Assembly (NCBI GenBank): GCA_963786935.1
Contig: CAWBAN010000001.1
Location: 928,001-992,000 of the forward strand
Source of the DNA: an uncultured bacterium
GTDB taxonomy: Bacteria > Krumholzibacteriota > Krumholzibacteriia > Krumholzibacteriales > Krumholzibacteriaceae
Direction: 5' to 3'
Length of the DNA stretch: 64,000 bases
The translations under genes were made by a program, and so were the position numbers. Positions 37,419 through 46,471 of the stretch are shown in pieces. The notes under the pieces were generated by a model. The model ran no database searches, was not told the DNA's origin, and saw only the letters and a program-made list of their open reading frames with translations. The first letter of the stretch is position 1; each line of letters opens with the position of its first letter.

Positions 37419-40235
37419 TCAACCGGAAAAGCCGCCCGAGGAACCGTTCGAGCCGTCGTCCTTTTCAGAATCGAAGAGCGATATCTGCCGCGTCCCCGCA
37501 CGCCCCTTGCCGGCGCGGGACAGACGCTGCGGATGGGGCCGGGGCGGCGGCGCCCCCTCGGCGCCGCGATAGAACGAATCGCAGAGATTCCTGAGGCTCT
37601 CCCGCGACATGCCCGATCCGTCGAACACGCCCGCCTCGACGAGCTCCATCGCGGCGCGCATCGAGAGACGGTCCTTCATCCTGACGAGAAACTCCTCAAG
37701 CGACGGGAAATCCCCCCGGTAGATCCGCTCCTCGACGATCGCGTCCCATTCCGCCTTCTCGAGCGGTATGACGGCGGTCAGCGGCGCCCTGATGACGCCG
37801 TCCTCGAACGAAAACGCGACGGCGTCCTCGTTGATGCCGGAGGGGAGCACGGGAACGCCCTTCGACTTCAGATATTCGAGGTATTTGGCGGTGCGGTCCT
37901 TGACGCCGAGATTGCTGTTGAGGAGCCCGGTGAAGTAGCGCTCGAGGCAGTGCGTCTTGAGAAAGGCCGTGCGGTAGCTCATCGAGGCCTGCGCGCAGCT
38001 GAGGGACTTGCTGTGCGTGAACGCGACGTGGTACAGGAGGAAATCGAAGATCCGCTGCGCCTCCTCCTCGTTGAGCCCCTTTTCCATGCAGCCCCGCACG
38101 AACGCGAGACGCGCCGAAACGATCTCGCCCGGATCCTTCAGCCAGAGCGCCCCCTCGACCATGATCGCGTCCTTCCCCCGCAGACCCGCCGCCTCATCGA
38201 GCACCTCCCGTATCTGCTCGCGGTAGAGGAGCACCCCCCTCGTGGGCGCGAGAATCGGTGCGAGCGAATGGTGCGGGAGAAACACCTTCCCCTTCTTCTC
38301 CGAGTTTTCGAGATATCGCTCCCAGAGCCTCCCCTCCATGGGCCCCGGCCGGTAGAGGGAAATGACGTTCACGAGCTCGTCGAAGGTCTCCGGTTTGATG
38401 CGGACGAGGTGATCGCGGATTCCCTGGCTCTCGAGCAGATAAACCCCGGTCGTTTCGCCCGACGACACAAGCGCGTAGACGCGCGGGTCGTCGAGGGCCT
38501 TCGGCGTCCATCGCTTTCTTCCCGAGCCCGCGAAGAGGCTCGCCGGCGCGGACGAGCCCTCCTCGCTCCGGATCGATTCGATCGTTTTCTGGATTGCCGA
38601 GAGGAAATGGGAGTGCTGCGCGCCGATAATCCACCCCCCCGCGGCCTCGATCGCGGAGGTTCCGAGCTGGGCGAAACGCTCCCCCGCCGCGTTCGTCGTA
38701 ACCGAGTAAAAGCCGTCGATCTCCCGCGGCACGATGACGAATCTCGACGTATCGAGCGTGAAATGGAGAATCTTCCCTTGGAGCGGATACGCGGCGTAGA
38801 GAACGCTCTTCGCCGCGGGCTCGGCGTTGCACAGGCGCCGCGCGGCCTCCGAGCCCTCGAGGAGAGACGCGAGGCTCCGGTGACGCTTCTCGAAGGAGAG
38901 GATGCGGAAGAGCTCTTCGCGAAGCTCGGGCGGCGTTCCGAGGATCTCCGCGATCTCCTTCGCGATCGTCACGACGGACATCTCCTCCTGCGCGATCTGG
39001 AAGCACGGAGAGAAGTCGGGGATGAGCGCGGCGATCACGGCCGCGAGCCGGTCTTTCTGCGGATCGGACACCATGAGCTCCACGGGCGGTATCGATCCGC
39101 GCCTCGAATGGGAGAACGATTCGAACATGAGCTCGTGATCGACGGGATTGAGCGGGCTGATATCGAGAAGATAGGCGACGACGCTCTCGAGAAGATCGCT
39201 CCCCATGAGCTCGATCCAGATCCCGCGCGCGTACGCGCTCAGGAACAGCTCCCGGAGAAATATGAGGAAATCGCCGATCCGCTCCTCGCGGGCCGCGGCG
39301 AGCTCCCGCTCCATGGCGCGGTGCAGAAACATGCGTTCGTCCGCCGGCCGGTTGTGAAACGCGAGCTGGAAACGCCGGCGGCACATGTCGGCGAGCGATT
39401 CGTCGGCGTTCGGCGCGCCGGCGAGCGTGACGCGCCCCGAACGGGCGAGATCGACCGCGCAGCGTTCGGCGATCTCCCCCGACCGGTCGAGCGCATCGCG
39501 CGTGTCCGCGAACAGCGGGGCGAGATCGCGCTCCCGCTTGAGATAGTATTCCTGAACGGGATCCTCGGGCTCCGGCTCCCCCTTCTTCCGCGAGAGCCGC
39601 CGCGCGAGCCGGAACGATTCGACGTCCTCCTTCAGCAGGAAGCGGTCGTTGTTCGTCGCGACGAGCGGGACGAGCGTCTTCGCCGAGAGGACGCGGAGCT
39701 GCTCGGAGACGAGATCCTCCTCGGGGCGCAGATGGTTCATGATCTCGATGAATACGTTCGACGGGCCGAAGATCTCCACGAGCCGGTGAACGACGTCGCG
39801 CGCGCGGCCGATATTCCCGTGGAGAACGGCCTGGCTCGCCTCGCCCCTGAGACAGCCGGTGAGCGCGATGAGCCCCGAGCGGCGGCTTTCGAGATCCGCG
39901 CTCGAGACGGGCGTCTCCTTCTCCCGCGTCGACTGCCGCGAAACGAGGGCGCAGAGGTTTCGGTAGCCCTCGTCGTTTTCGGCGAGGATCGTCAGATGGA
40001 ACAGTCCGCTCGAGCCGGCGAGCGGCGCATGCAGGATCTCGGCGCCGAAAACCGGCTTGACGCCGGCCTTGCGCGCCGCGTCGAAGAACTCGAAATGCCC
40101 GTGGGTCGAGCGATGGTCGGTGAGCGCCACGGCCCCGAACCCGAGAAACGAGGCCCGCGAGATGAGATCCCGGATTCCGATGATCCCCTCGGAGCCGCTG
40201 AATACGCTATGTACGTGAAGCGGAACATACGGCAT
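37419..40235 (-). CDS. DNA polymerase III alpha-like (DnaE) paralog, predicted catalytically inactive and lacking the C-terminal domains
   Basis: PHP domain (LHVHS, LTDH, HLTILA), ISLYRPGPM, L.PT.GVLLY.EQI and TAFLKTH are recognisable. The palm catalytic motifs are replaced. QISLF lies near the C-terminus. Confidence 0.85.
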   Translation of the reverse strand: MPYVPLHVHSVFSGSEGIIGIRDLISRASFLGFGAVALTDHRSTHGHFEFFDAARKAGVKPVFGAEILHAPLAGSSGLFHLTILAENDEGYRNLCALVSRQSTREKETPVSSADLESRRSGLIALTGCLRGEASQAVLHGNIGRARDVVHRLVEIFGPSNVFIEIMNHLRPEEDLVSEQLRVLSAKTLVPLVATNNDRFLLKEDVESFRLARRLSRKKGEPEPEDPVQEYYLKRERDLAPLFADTRDALDRSGEIAERCAVDLARSGRVTLAGAPNADESLADMCRRRFQLAFHNRPADERMFLHRAMERELAAAREERIGDFLIFLRELFLSAYARGIWIELMGSDLLESVVAYLLDISPLNPVDHELMFESFSHSRRGSIPPVELMVSDPQKDRLAAVIAALIPDFSPCFQIAQEEMSVVTIAKEIAEILGTPPELREELFRILSFEKRHRSLASLLEGSEAARRLCNAEPAAKSVLYAAYPLQGKILHFTLDTSRFVIVPREIDGFYSVTTNAAGERFAQLGTSAIEAAGGWIIGAQHSHFLSAIQKTIESIRSEEGSSAPASLFAGSGRKRWTPKALDDPRVYALVSSGETTGVYLLESQGIRDHLVRIKPETFDELVNVISLYRPGPMEGRLWERYLENSEKKGKVFLPHHSLAPILAPTRGVLLYREQIREVLDEAAGLRGKDAIMVEGALWLKDPGEIVSARLAFVRGCMEKGLNEEEAQRIFDFLLYHVAFTHSKSLSCAQASMSYRTAFLKTHCLERYFTGLLNSNLGVKDRTAKYLEYLKSKGVPVLPSGINEDAVAFSFEDGVIRAPLTAVIPLEKAEWDAIVEERIYRGDFPSLEEFLVRMKDRLSMRAAMELVEAGVFDGSGMSRESLRNLCDSFYRGAEGAPPPRPHPQRLSRAGKGRAGTRQISLFDSEKDDGSNGSSGGFSG

Positions 40236-40402
40236 GTCGCATCGCTCCGGAAGCCCCCCGGCACCAGAGTACCGGACATTCGCCGGGGCTGCAAGCCCAT
40301 TCCGGCGTATCATAATTGTTTGAAAAGTGCAATCCGGCGGCGTACAATGGGCTCGGCTCATTCCGGACCGTCCGACGGTGAACGCGCAAGGGGGGAAACG
40401 CC

Positions 40403-41710
40403 GTGGCAGATCCTGAGAAGAACTCGGAAATCGACCGCCTCGCGAGGGAGAACACGCGTCTCAGATCGGCGGTGGACGAGCTTTCCATTCTCAACGACAT
40501 CGCGACCGCCGTGAGCTCCGCCTCCTCGCTCGAGCGCACGATCGAGCTCATCGTCCACAAATGCATCAAGCACCTCAAGGTCGAGCAGGCGACGATCACG
40601 CTCCTCGACACGGCGCGCGTCGGGACCCCGTTCCACACGATCATTCGCGGGGCCGACACCTCGAGCGAGATTCTCCCCTACCGCCTCGACGCCGAGCTCA
40701 CCGGCTGGATGCTCAAGCACCAGAAGCCGCTCGTCGTCAACGACCTGAAGAAGGACGACCGCTTCCAGGCGACCGACCGCGACGTGTGCGCCGTGCGCTC
40801 GCTTTTGAGCGTCCCCCTCGTGCTCAAGGGACGGATGATCGGGCTCCTCAACCTGTTCAACAAGCGCACGGGAGACGACTTCACCGAAGCGGACGCGAGG
40901 CTCCTCGGGATCATCGCCACGCAATCAGCGCAGGTGATCGAGCACGCGCGGCTCTTCGCCGAGGAGCAGGCGCTCAAATTGATGCAGGAGGAGATGAAGC
41001 GCGCGTACGAGATACAGATAAGCCTGCTCCCGAAGGAACCGCCGCGGTTCCAGGGGTACGACATCGCCGGCGCGAGCATCCCGGCGAAAGCGGTGGGCGG
41101 CGATTACTTCGATTTCATCGGTCTCGACGATCGCCGCATCGGGCTCTGCCTCGGTGACGTTTCGGGCAAGGGGATGCCCGCCGCCCTCCTCATGGCGAAT
41201 CTCCAGGCGACGCTCCGCGGCCAGGCCATCATCGATCCGTCGCCGGCCGCGTGCCTCAACCGCTCGAACTTGCTCCTCTTCCGCAGCACCGACGCTGACA
41301 AGTTCGCCACGCTCGTCTACGGCGTGCTCGATCGCGAATCGAACCGGCTCGTGTACGCGAACGCGGGGCATAACTATCCGCTCCTGCTCGAGCCGGGCGG
41401 GGAGCCCCGGCGGCTCGAGCTCGGGGGCCTCGTGCTCGGGTGTCTCGAGGACTTCTGCTACACCGAGGGGCTCGTCGAGTTCGACCCCGGCGACACGCTC
41501 CTCGTCTATTCGGACGGGATCACCGAGTCGATCGACGCCCGCGACGAGGAGTTCGGCGAGGGGCGCCTCGCCGCGCTTTTGCGGGCGCACGGCGCGGAGC
41601 CGGCCTCCCGCCTCATCGAGCGGATCGTCGCCGCCGTGCGGGCGCACGCCGGGGAGCTCGCGCAGATGGACGACATGACCCTCCTCGTGATCAGGAGAAT
41701 CGCCTCGTGA
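40403..41710 (+). CDS. GAF plus PP2C/SpoIIE (RsbU-like) phosphatase
   Basis: GAF domain; VGGDYFD, GDVSGKG, NAGHN, YSDGITE and DDMT motifs. Confidence 0.92.
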   Translation: MADPEKNSEIDRLARENTRLRSAVDELSILNDIATAVSSASSLERTIELIVHKCIKHLKVEQATITLLDTARVGTPFHTIIRGADTSSEILPYRLDAELTGWMLKHQKPLVVNDLKKDDRFQATDRDVCAVRSLLSVPLVLKGRMIGLLNLFNKRTGDDFTEADARLLGIIATQSAQVIEHARLFAEEQALKLMQEEMKRAYEIQISLLPKEPPRFQGYDIAGASIPAKAVGGDYFDFIGLDDRRIGLCLGDVSGKGMPAALLMANLQATLRGQAIIDPSPAACLNRSNLLLFRSTDADKFATLVYGVLDRESNRLVYANAGHNYPLLLEPGGEPRRLELGGLVLGCLEDFCYTEGLVEFDPGDTLLVYSDGITESIDARDEEFGEGRLAALLRAHGAEPASRLIERIVAAVRAHAGELAQMDDMTLLVIRRIAS

Positions 41711-41748
41711 CGGTTCGCGCGCGAACGGCTTTGCGCCGGAGGCAGCCG

Positions 41749-42549
41749 ATGATCGCCCGGTTGAAAACGAAGCTCTACGAAGTTCTCGAAACGAACGCGG
41801 GCGGGCTCGCGGGACGGATCGTCGACGCGCTCCTCATCGTTCTCATCGTGAGCAACGTCGTCCTCGCGATCTTGCATACCATGCCGAGCCTCGCCGCCCG
41901 CTACCGCACGTTCTTCTGGCGTTTCGAGCTCCTCTCCGTGATCGTGTTCTCGATCGAATACGTCCTCCGGATGTGGACCTGCACGGAAAACCCGTCGTAC
42001 CGGCGCCCCGTTCTCGGACGGATCAAATATTTCTTCTCCGCATTCGCCATCATCGACCTCATCGCGATAGCGCCGTTCATCCTGCCGATGATCATACCGG
42101 TCGATCTCATCTTCATGCGAGTCATCCGCCTCTTGAGGCTCCTGCGCCTCCTCAAGCTCGGACGATACTCCGAATCGATCAGAATGATGGGGAGCATCCT
42201 GAAGGCGAAGAAAGAGGAGATGGTCGTATCGCTCACGATGTCGATTATTCTCCTCCTCATCGCGTCGGGGCTCATGTACTTCATCGAGGGGGCCGCGCAG
42301 CCCGCGGTGTTCTCGAGCATCCCCGCCGCGATGTGGTGGGGCGCCATGACCATGACGACCGTCGGATACGGAGACGTCTATCCCGTCACGCCGGCGGGAA
42401 AAGTGCTTGCCGGCGTCATCGCGCTCCTCGGCATCAGCCTGTTCATTCTCCCGGCGAGCATCATCGCGGCGAGCTACGCCGCGGAGATTCAGAAGAAGAA
42501 GAGGGGCGATCGCGCCGTTTGTCCGAAATGCGGAAACATCATTACCTGA
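41749..42549 (+). CDS. Voltage-gated-type potassium channel (6 TM)
   Basis: S4 segment RVIRLLRLLRLLKLGR; TTVGYGD selectivity filter; C-terminal CPKCG. Confidence 0.93.
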   Translation: MIARLKTKLYEVLETNAGGLAGRIVDALLIVLIVSNVVLAILHTMPSLAARYRTFFWRFELLSVIVFSIEYVLRMWTCTENPSYRRPVLGRIKYFFSAFAIIDLIAIAPFILPMIIPVDLIFMRVIRLLRLLRLLKLGRYSESIRMMGSILKAKKEEMVVSLTMSIILLLIASGLMYFIEGAAQPAVFSSIPAAMWWGAMTMTTVGYGDVYPVTPAGKVLAGVIALLGISLFILPASIIAASYAAEIQKKKRGDRAVCPKCGNIIT

Positions 42550-42598
42550 GCCGGCCGCCGGACGCCGTCCGGCGCGCGTGCGCGAGAGGAGGCCAGCG

Positions 42599-44677
42599 TT
42601 GAAGAAGGTCGGATTCATCTCGGGAGCGATACTGGTCATCGCGGCAGCCGTTCTCGTTTACTCATTCTTCGGCGATCGCTCGTTCATCCCGTTCCGCATT
42701 CCGTGGGCGAGCGGCGATTCGCTCGGGCGGGCGGCCGAGCGCATTCCCGAGACTGATATAACGGCGGGCTCGGAGGAATCCGACGAATCCGCCGCCTGCA
42801 TCCTGACCTCCGAAGAGCTCGCCGCCCTCTTTTCGCGCGCATCGCGGCAGATCCAGTCGGAGCTCCTCGCCCGCGCATCCATGCGGGAAAAGGCCGCCGT
42901 GTTCGACCGCTCGACGCTCGTCGAGCAGGCGGCGCTCTTCAGACTCCTCAAGGCCGAGGAGCGCGTCGCCCTCCTCGATCGCCTCCCCGCCGCGGAGCGC
43001 GCCGCGATCCTCCGGGAGACCGACTCGACCCCCGAAGCCTTCGACGCGGCGACTCCGAAGGGAAAAGGCTCGATGCTCGACAAAACGTCCGCATCGGCGA
43101 AAACCGCGATGCTCTCGATGGCGTCCGTCCAGGACAAGGCCGCGCTCGTCTCCCGCGCGTCGGGCGCCGAGAAGGCCGCGTTCATGGAACGCCTCTCGGC
43201 GACGGAAAAGGCGGCGTTCATGGGATGCGCCTCCATCGACGACCGCGAAGAGATCTTCGACGACGCCACCATCGAAGAAAGAACCATGATCTATCGCCGC
43301 GCGACTTCCGCCGAGAAGATCCTGATCATGGAGCGGGCGTCCCTCGAGGAAAAGGCGGCGATCATCGGCAAGGCGACGAACGAGGAAAAGGCCGAGCTCT
43401 TCAAGCTCGCGACGGCGCAGGAACATGAGGCGATGTTCTCGCGCCTCACCTCCGCCGAGCGCTCAGCGATGGCCATTCGCGCGGGAACCACCGAGCGCGC
43501 GCTCAAGAATCTCCCGCTCCGCGAGCGCAGCGCCGCGCTCGTCGAACACGGCACGCTCCTCGACCGGGCCGCGATGATCGACGGCGCATCACTCGAGGAG
43601 AAGGCGGCAATCGTCGAGCGGATTCCCCCGGCGATGACGGCGTCCCTCATGGACCGCTCGACGCCGAGGGAGACGGCGGCGTTCCTCAAACGCGCCACCG
43701 ACGAGGAGCTCGCCTTGATCATGGGGAGAACGACGGTCCAACCCGCGTGCCAGCTCATCAACCGCGTTTCGATCGAGGAGCGCGCCTCCCTCGTCGACCG
43801 CGCCACGGCGCAGGAAAAGGCGGCGTATTTCGACGGGGCGACCGCTCAGGCGCGATGCGGGATGTTCGATCGGCTCCCCGATCTCGAGCGAAGCTCGTTC
43901 CTCGATCGCGCCGGCCTCGCGGCGGACGCCTTCCGCTCCCTTCCGATCGAACGGAAAGCGGCCGTCCTCACGGAGCGCGCGTCGCTCCAGGAAAAGGCGC
44001 TGTGCGTGGAGAAGGCGTCCCCCGCGGAAAAGGCGGCGGTCATCGATTGCGCCGCGCCCGTGGAGCGCGTTTCCCTCATGGAACGTTCGTCCTTCGAGGA
44101 GCGCTCATCGATCATCGATCGCGCCTCCGCGCTCGAGAAGGCGTTCATGATCGAGCGCGCGACCGTCGAGGAGCGCGCGGCCCTCTTCGAGCGCCTGACG
44201 AACGAGCAGCGCATCGCCCTTCTCGCCCGGGCATCCCTCATCGAGAAGGCCGCGCTCCTCGACAAGGCGACGATCGAGGAAAAAGCGGCCTTCTTCAATC
44301 TCACGACGATTCAGGAGCGCGTGACCCTCTTCGAGCGCCTGCCGCTCCCCGACCGTACGGCGCTCCTCGCCCGTGCGTCGATCACGCCCGATACCTTCGA
44401 CAAGCTCTCGATCCAGCAGCGCGCCGCGTTCGTGTTCGAGCGCGCGTCCGCGCAGGAGCGCGCCTCCCTCGTCGACGCCGCCACGCTGCAGGAGAAATCG
44501 ACGATCGTCGGACGCATCAGCATGCCCGAGCAAGCGGCGCTCATCGGCCGCGCGTCGATCGAGGAGGAAGCGTTTCTCCTCGACCGGGCCTCGATCAAGG
44601 AGCGCGCGGCGTTTCTAGAAAAGGCGACCCCCGAGGAACGCGCCTCTCTCTTCAAACGGGCGACCGGCTGCGATTGA
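42599..44677 (+). CDS. Membrane-anchored protein built of 12-aa helical repeats
   Basis: TTG start after GAGGAGG; N-terminal TM; dozens of A(S/T)xxE(K/R)AAxxxR units. Confidence 0.8.
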   Translation: MKKVGFISGAILVIAAAVLVYSFFGDRSFIPFRIPWASGDSLGRAAERIPETDITAGSEESDESAACILTSEELAALFSRASRQIQSELLARASMREKAAVFDRSTLVEQAALFRLLKAEERVALLDRLPAAERAAILRETDSTPEAFDAATPKGKGSMLDKTSASAKTAMLSMASVQDKAALVSRASGAEKAAFMERLSATEKAAFMGCASIDDREEIFDDATIEERTMIYRRATSAEKILIMERASLEEKAAIIGKATNEEKAELFKLATAQEHEAMFSRLTSAERSAMAIRAGTTERALKNLPLRERSAALVEHGTLLDRAAMIDGASLEEKAAIVERIPPAMTASLMDRSTPRETAAFLKRATDEELALIMGRTTVQPACQLINRVSIEERASLVDRATAQEKAAYFDGATAQARCGMFDRLPDLERSSFLDRAGLAADAFRSLPIERKAAVLTERASLQEKALCVEKASPAEKAAVIDCAAPVERVSLMERSSFEERSSIIDRASALEKAFMIERATVEERAALFERLTNEQRIALLARASLIEKAALLDKATIEEKAAFFNLTTIQERVTLFERLPLPDRTALLARASITPDTFDKLSIQQRAAFVFERASAQERASLVDAATLQEKSTIVGRISMPEQAALIGRASIEEEAFLLDRASIKERAAFLEKATPEERASLFKRATGCD

Positions 44678-44681
44678 TCTC

Positions 44682-45251
44682 TCAGAACAGCGCCTTGATC
44701 GCGCCCCAGCTCGTCTCCTCGACACCGATCGGGCTCGGCGCCCAGCACACGTAGAGCGGCGTCAGGTATCTGCACGCCTCGATCGGATAGCCGGGCAGGC
44801 AGCTCGCGAACTGGTATGCCGGCGCGGGCAGGGTCCCCGGATGCGGAAGGATCTCCATCTTTGCCGGGGTCGGGGCCAGAAGCATCATGGTCAAGTCATA
44901 GAGCCAGACCCAATCGGTCTTGCAGTCGCCCTCCGCAAACACGACGCTCATGCCGTCATCCAATGAGCCGAGCTCCAGAGTAATGATTGCGTGCGTCACC
45001 GTCGCGAGCCGTACGACGGTCGACGGCACGCCGAGCTTGAACTCGGCGGCCTGCAGGCCCCTCACGCTCGGCAGGCACCAGATCCATGCATGGAACTGCC
45101 CGTACTGAGCCGGACAAGCGTAGTTGCCGGCCGGGCCCATCGTGTGGGTATCATCCGCGAACACGCCGATGTAGCCGATCGGCAGGGTAGTTGTGAACGC
45201 GGCGCCGGCCATGAGCACGGCCACTGAAACAATCAGAAGCACTCTTTTCAT
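44682..45251 (-). CDS. Secreted hypothetical protein with WGxIK tail; paralog of 46472-47023
   Basis: GAGG RBS; signal peptide; ends CWAPSPIGVEETSWGAIKALF. Confidence 0.82.
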   Translation of the reverse strand: MKRVLLIVSVAVLMAGAAFTTTLPIGYIGVFADDTHTMGPAGNYACPAQYGQFHAWIWCLPSVRGLQAAEFKLGVPSTVVRLATVTHAIITLELGSLDDGMSVVFAEGDCKTDWVWLYDLTMMLLAPTPAKMEILPHPGTLPAPAYQFASCLPGYPIEACRYLTPLYVCWAPSPIGVEETSWGAIKALF

Positions 45252-45387
45252 TTCGGCCTCCTCTCCTCGCTGAAATGAACGCATGCGGAACGATTCATCC
45301 GAATACACGACTGTTTTTTTGATTTTAGCTGAGTCTCATTTTACGCCGATTCGAGGCGTTTGTCAAAGGGAAAGGCAGGGATGAAGC

Positions 45388-45441
45388 GATCCGCCCCGGG
45401 CCCGCGCGCCGGATCACGCGGCAACGGGCCCAGGGCGGATC
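45388..45441. repeat. GC-rich inverted repeat (possible terminator)
   Basis: GATCCGCCC-CGGGCCCG ... CGGGCCCA-GGGCGGATC downstream of the 45478-46014 gene. Confidence 0.5.
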
Positions 45442-45477
45442 ACATGTATCGTGCCACGGAAGCGGCGACGGGACGGA

Positions 45478-46014
45478 TTATTTCTTCGCCACGTCTTTGT
45501 TCCGCTCGTCGTTGAACGATCTCATTAGTTCCCGGTGAATGTACGAGACGTGCGTCCCGTCCTTGGCCTTGACCAGCGTGATGAGCACCTCCGGCAGCGT
45601 GACGATGTAGCTCGGACCGAAGGTCTGGCCGTTGAATCCCTCGAAGGAGTTCCAGCTTTGAAAGAGGCCGTGAGCCGCCTGCGTGTACTGCTGCTCCGAG
45701 TTCTCGACGAAATACACGTCCAGCTGCCCGACATGGTCTTTATAAAACGACACGATGACGTGATCCACGTTGTCCGACTTATCGAGCGCGCCTTTGAAGA
45801 CGTAGCTTTCGGGGAACAGCTGGCTCTTGATTTTGCCCTTCACCTCGGAGGCGACGCCTTGCGCTTTCGCGCGCTCCATGAGCGCCTGCTTCGACTCCCC
45901 GAGGTAGAAACCGTTGATCGACTTCGCGATCTTGGACGGCGCCGCGGCCGCTGCGAGCGACGCGAGCATGACGAGAACGAAAACGAGCGCGAACAATCTT
46001 ATCAGTGATCTCAT
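45478..46014 (-). CDS. Secreted hypothetical protein
   Basis: GGAGG RBS; signal peptide; INGFYLGES. Confidence 0.7.
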   Translation of the reverse strand: MRSLIRLFALVFVLVMLASLAAAAAPSKIAKSINGFYLGESKQALMERAKAQGVASEVKGKIKSQLFPESYVFKGALDKSDNVDHVIVSFYKDHVGQLDVYFVENSEQQYTQAAHGLFQSWNSFEGFNGQTFGPSYIVTLPEVLITLVKAKDGTHVSYIHRELMRSFNDERNKDVAKK

Positions 46015-46265
46015 CTCATCGCCTCCATCACGATGGTGCTTTCTCTTATGGAGCAAGAGGCGACGCGGTGCTCCTGCTATGGAAAACGGGCCATGGGGGG
46101 CCACCGCATTTCCCGTGCCTCTCCGGCCCGGCGTAATGTGAAGGCACATTCATTTGTCGTTATTGCAGTTATCAGCCGACTTGCAAAGGACATCCAGCTA
46201 TTGCGAGGAAGAAAGCGGAACCGTAGTGCAGCATGCAACTGGCCGTGGCGGAGATGGAATTCATA

Positions 46266-46339
46266 TGAGCCGCCCGGGACTCGAACCCGGGGACTCCCGT
46301 TTCTCGGCGCCGGCGTGCGCGACCCGAAACGGACGGCCC
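46266..46339 (-). ncRNA. tRNA-like element or degenerate tRNA-Lys copy
   Basis: GGGCCGT/GCGGCTC-A acceptor stem and CCGGG-TTCGAGT-CCCGG T-arm. The centre is one hairpin (CCGTTTC/GAAACGG) instead of D and anticodon arms. Confidence 0.5.
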
Positions 46340-46347
46340 GAATGACC

Positions 46348-46376
46348 TTGAGTATTTCAATGCTTGGGTGTAGAAT
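46348..46376 (+). promoter_or_regulatory. Putative sigma70 promoter for the 46472 gene
   Basis: TTGAGT-17 nt-TAGAAT. Confidence 0.55.
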
Positions 46377-46471
46377 AATGCCGTAATCCTTCCCGATATT
46401 ATCGCATGAACGTTCCCCTTCGCGCGGAGAAGCAACTGCGTTTCATCAGAGTGTCAAGAGAGGAGGCCACC

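Noticed and set aside
37419..40235. Calling this the replicative dnaE or error-prone dnaE2
   Set aside because: The catalytic aspartate motifs are absent and there is no imuAB context.
42800..44670. CRISPR array or DNA tandem repeat
   Set aside because: The periodicity is at the protein level inside an ORF; there are no identical repeats with spacers and no cas genes.
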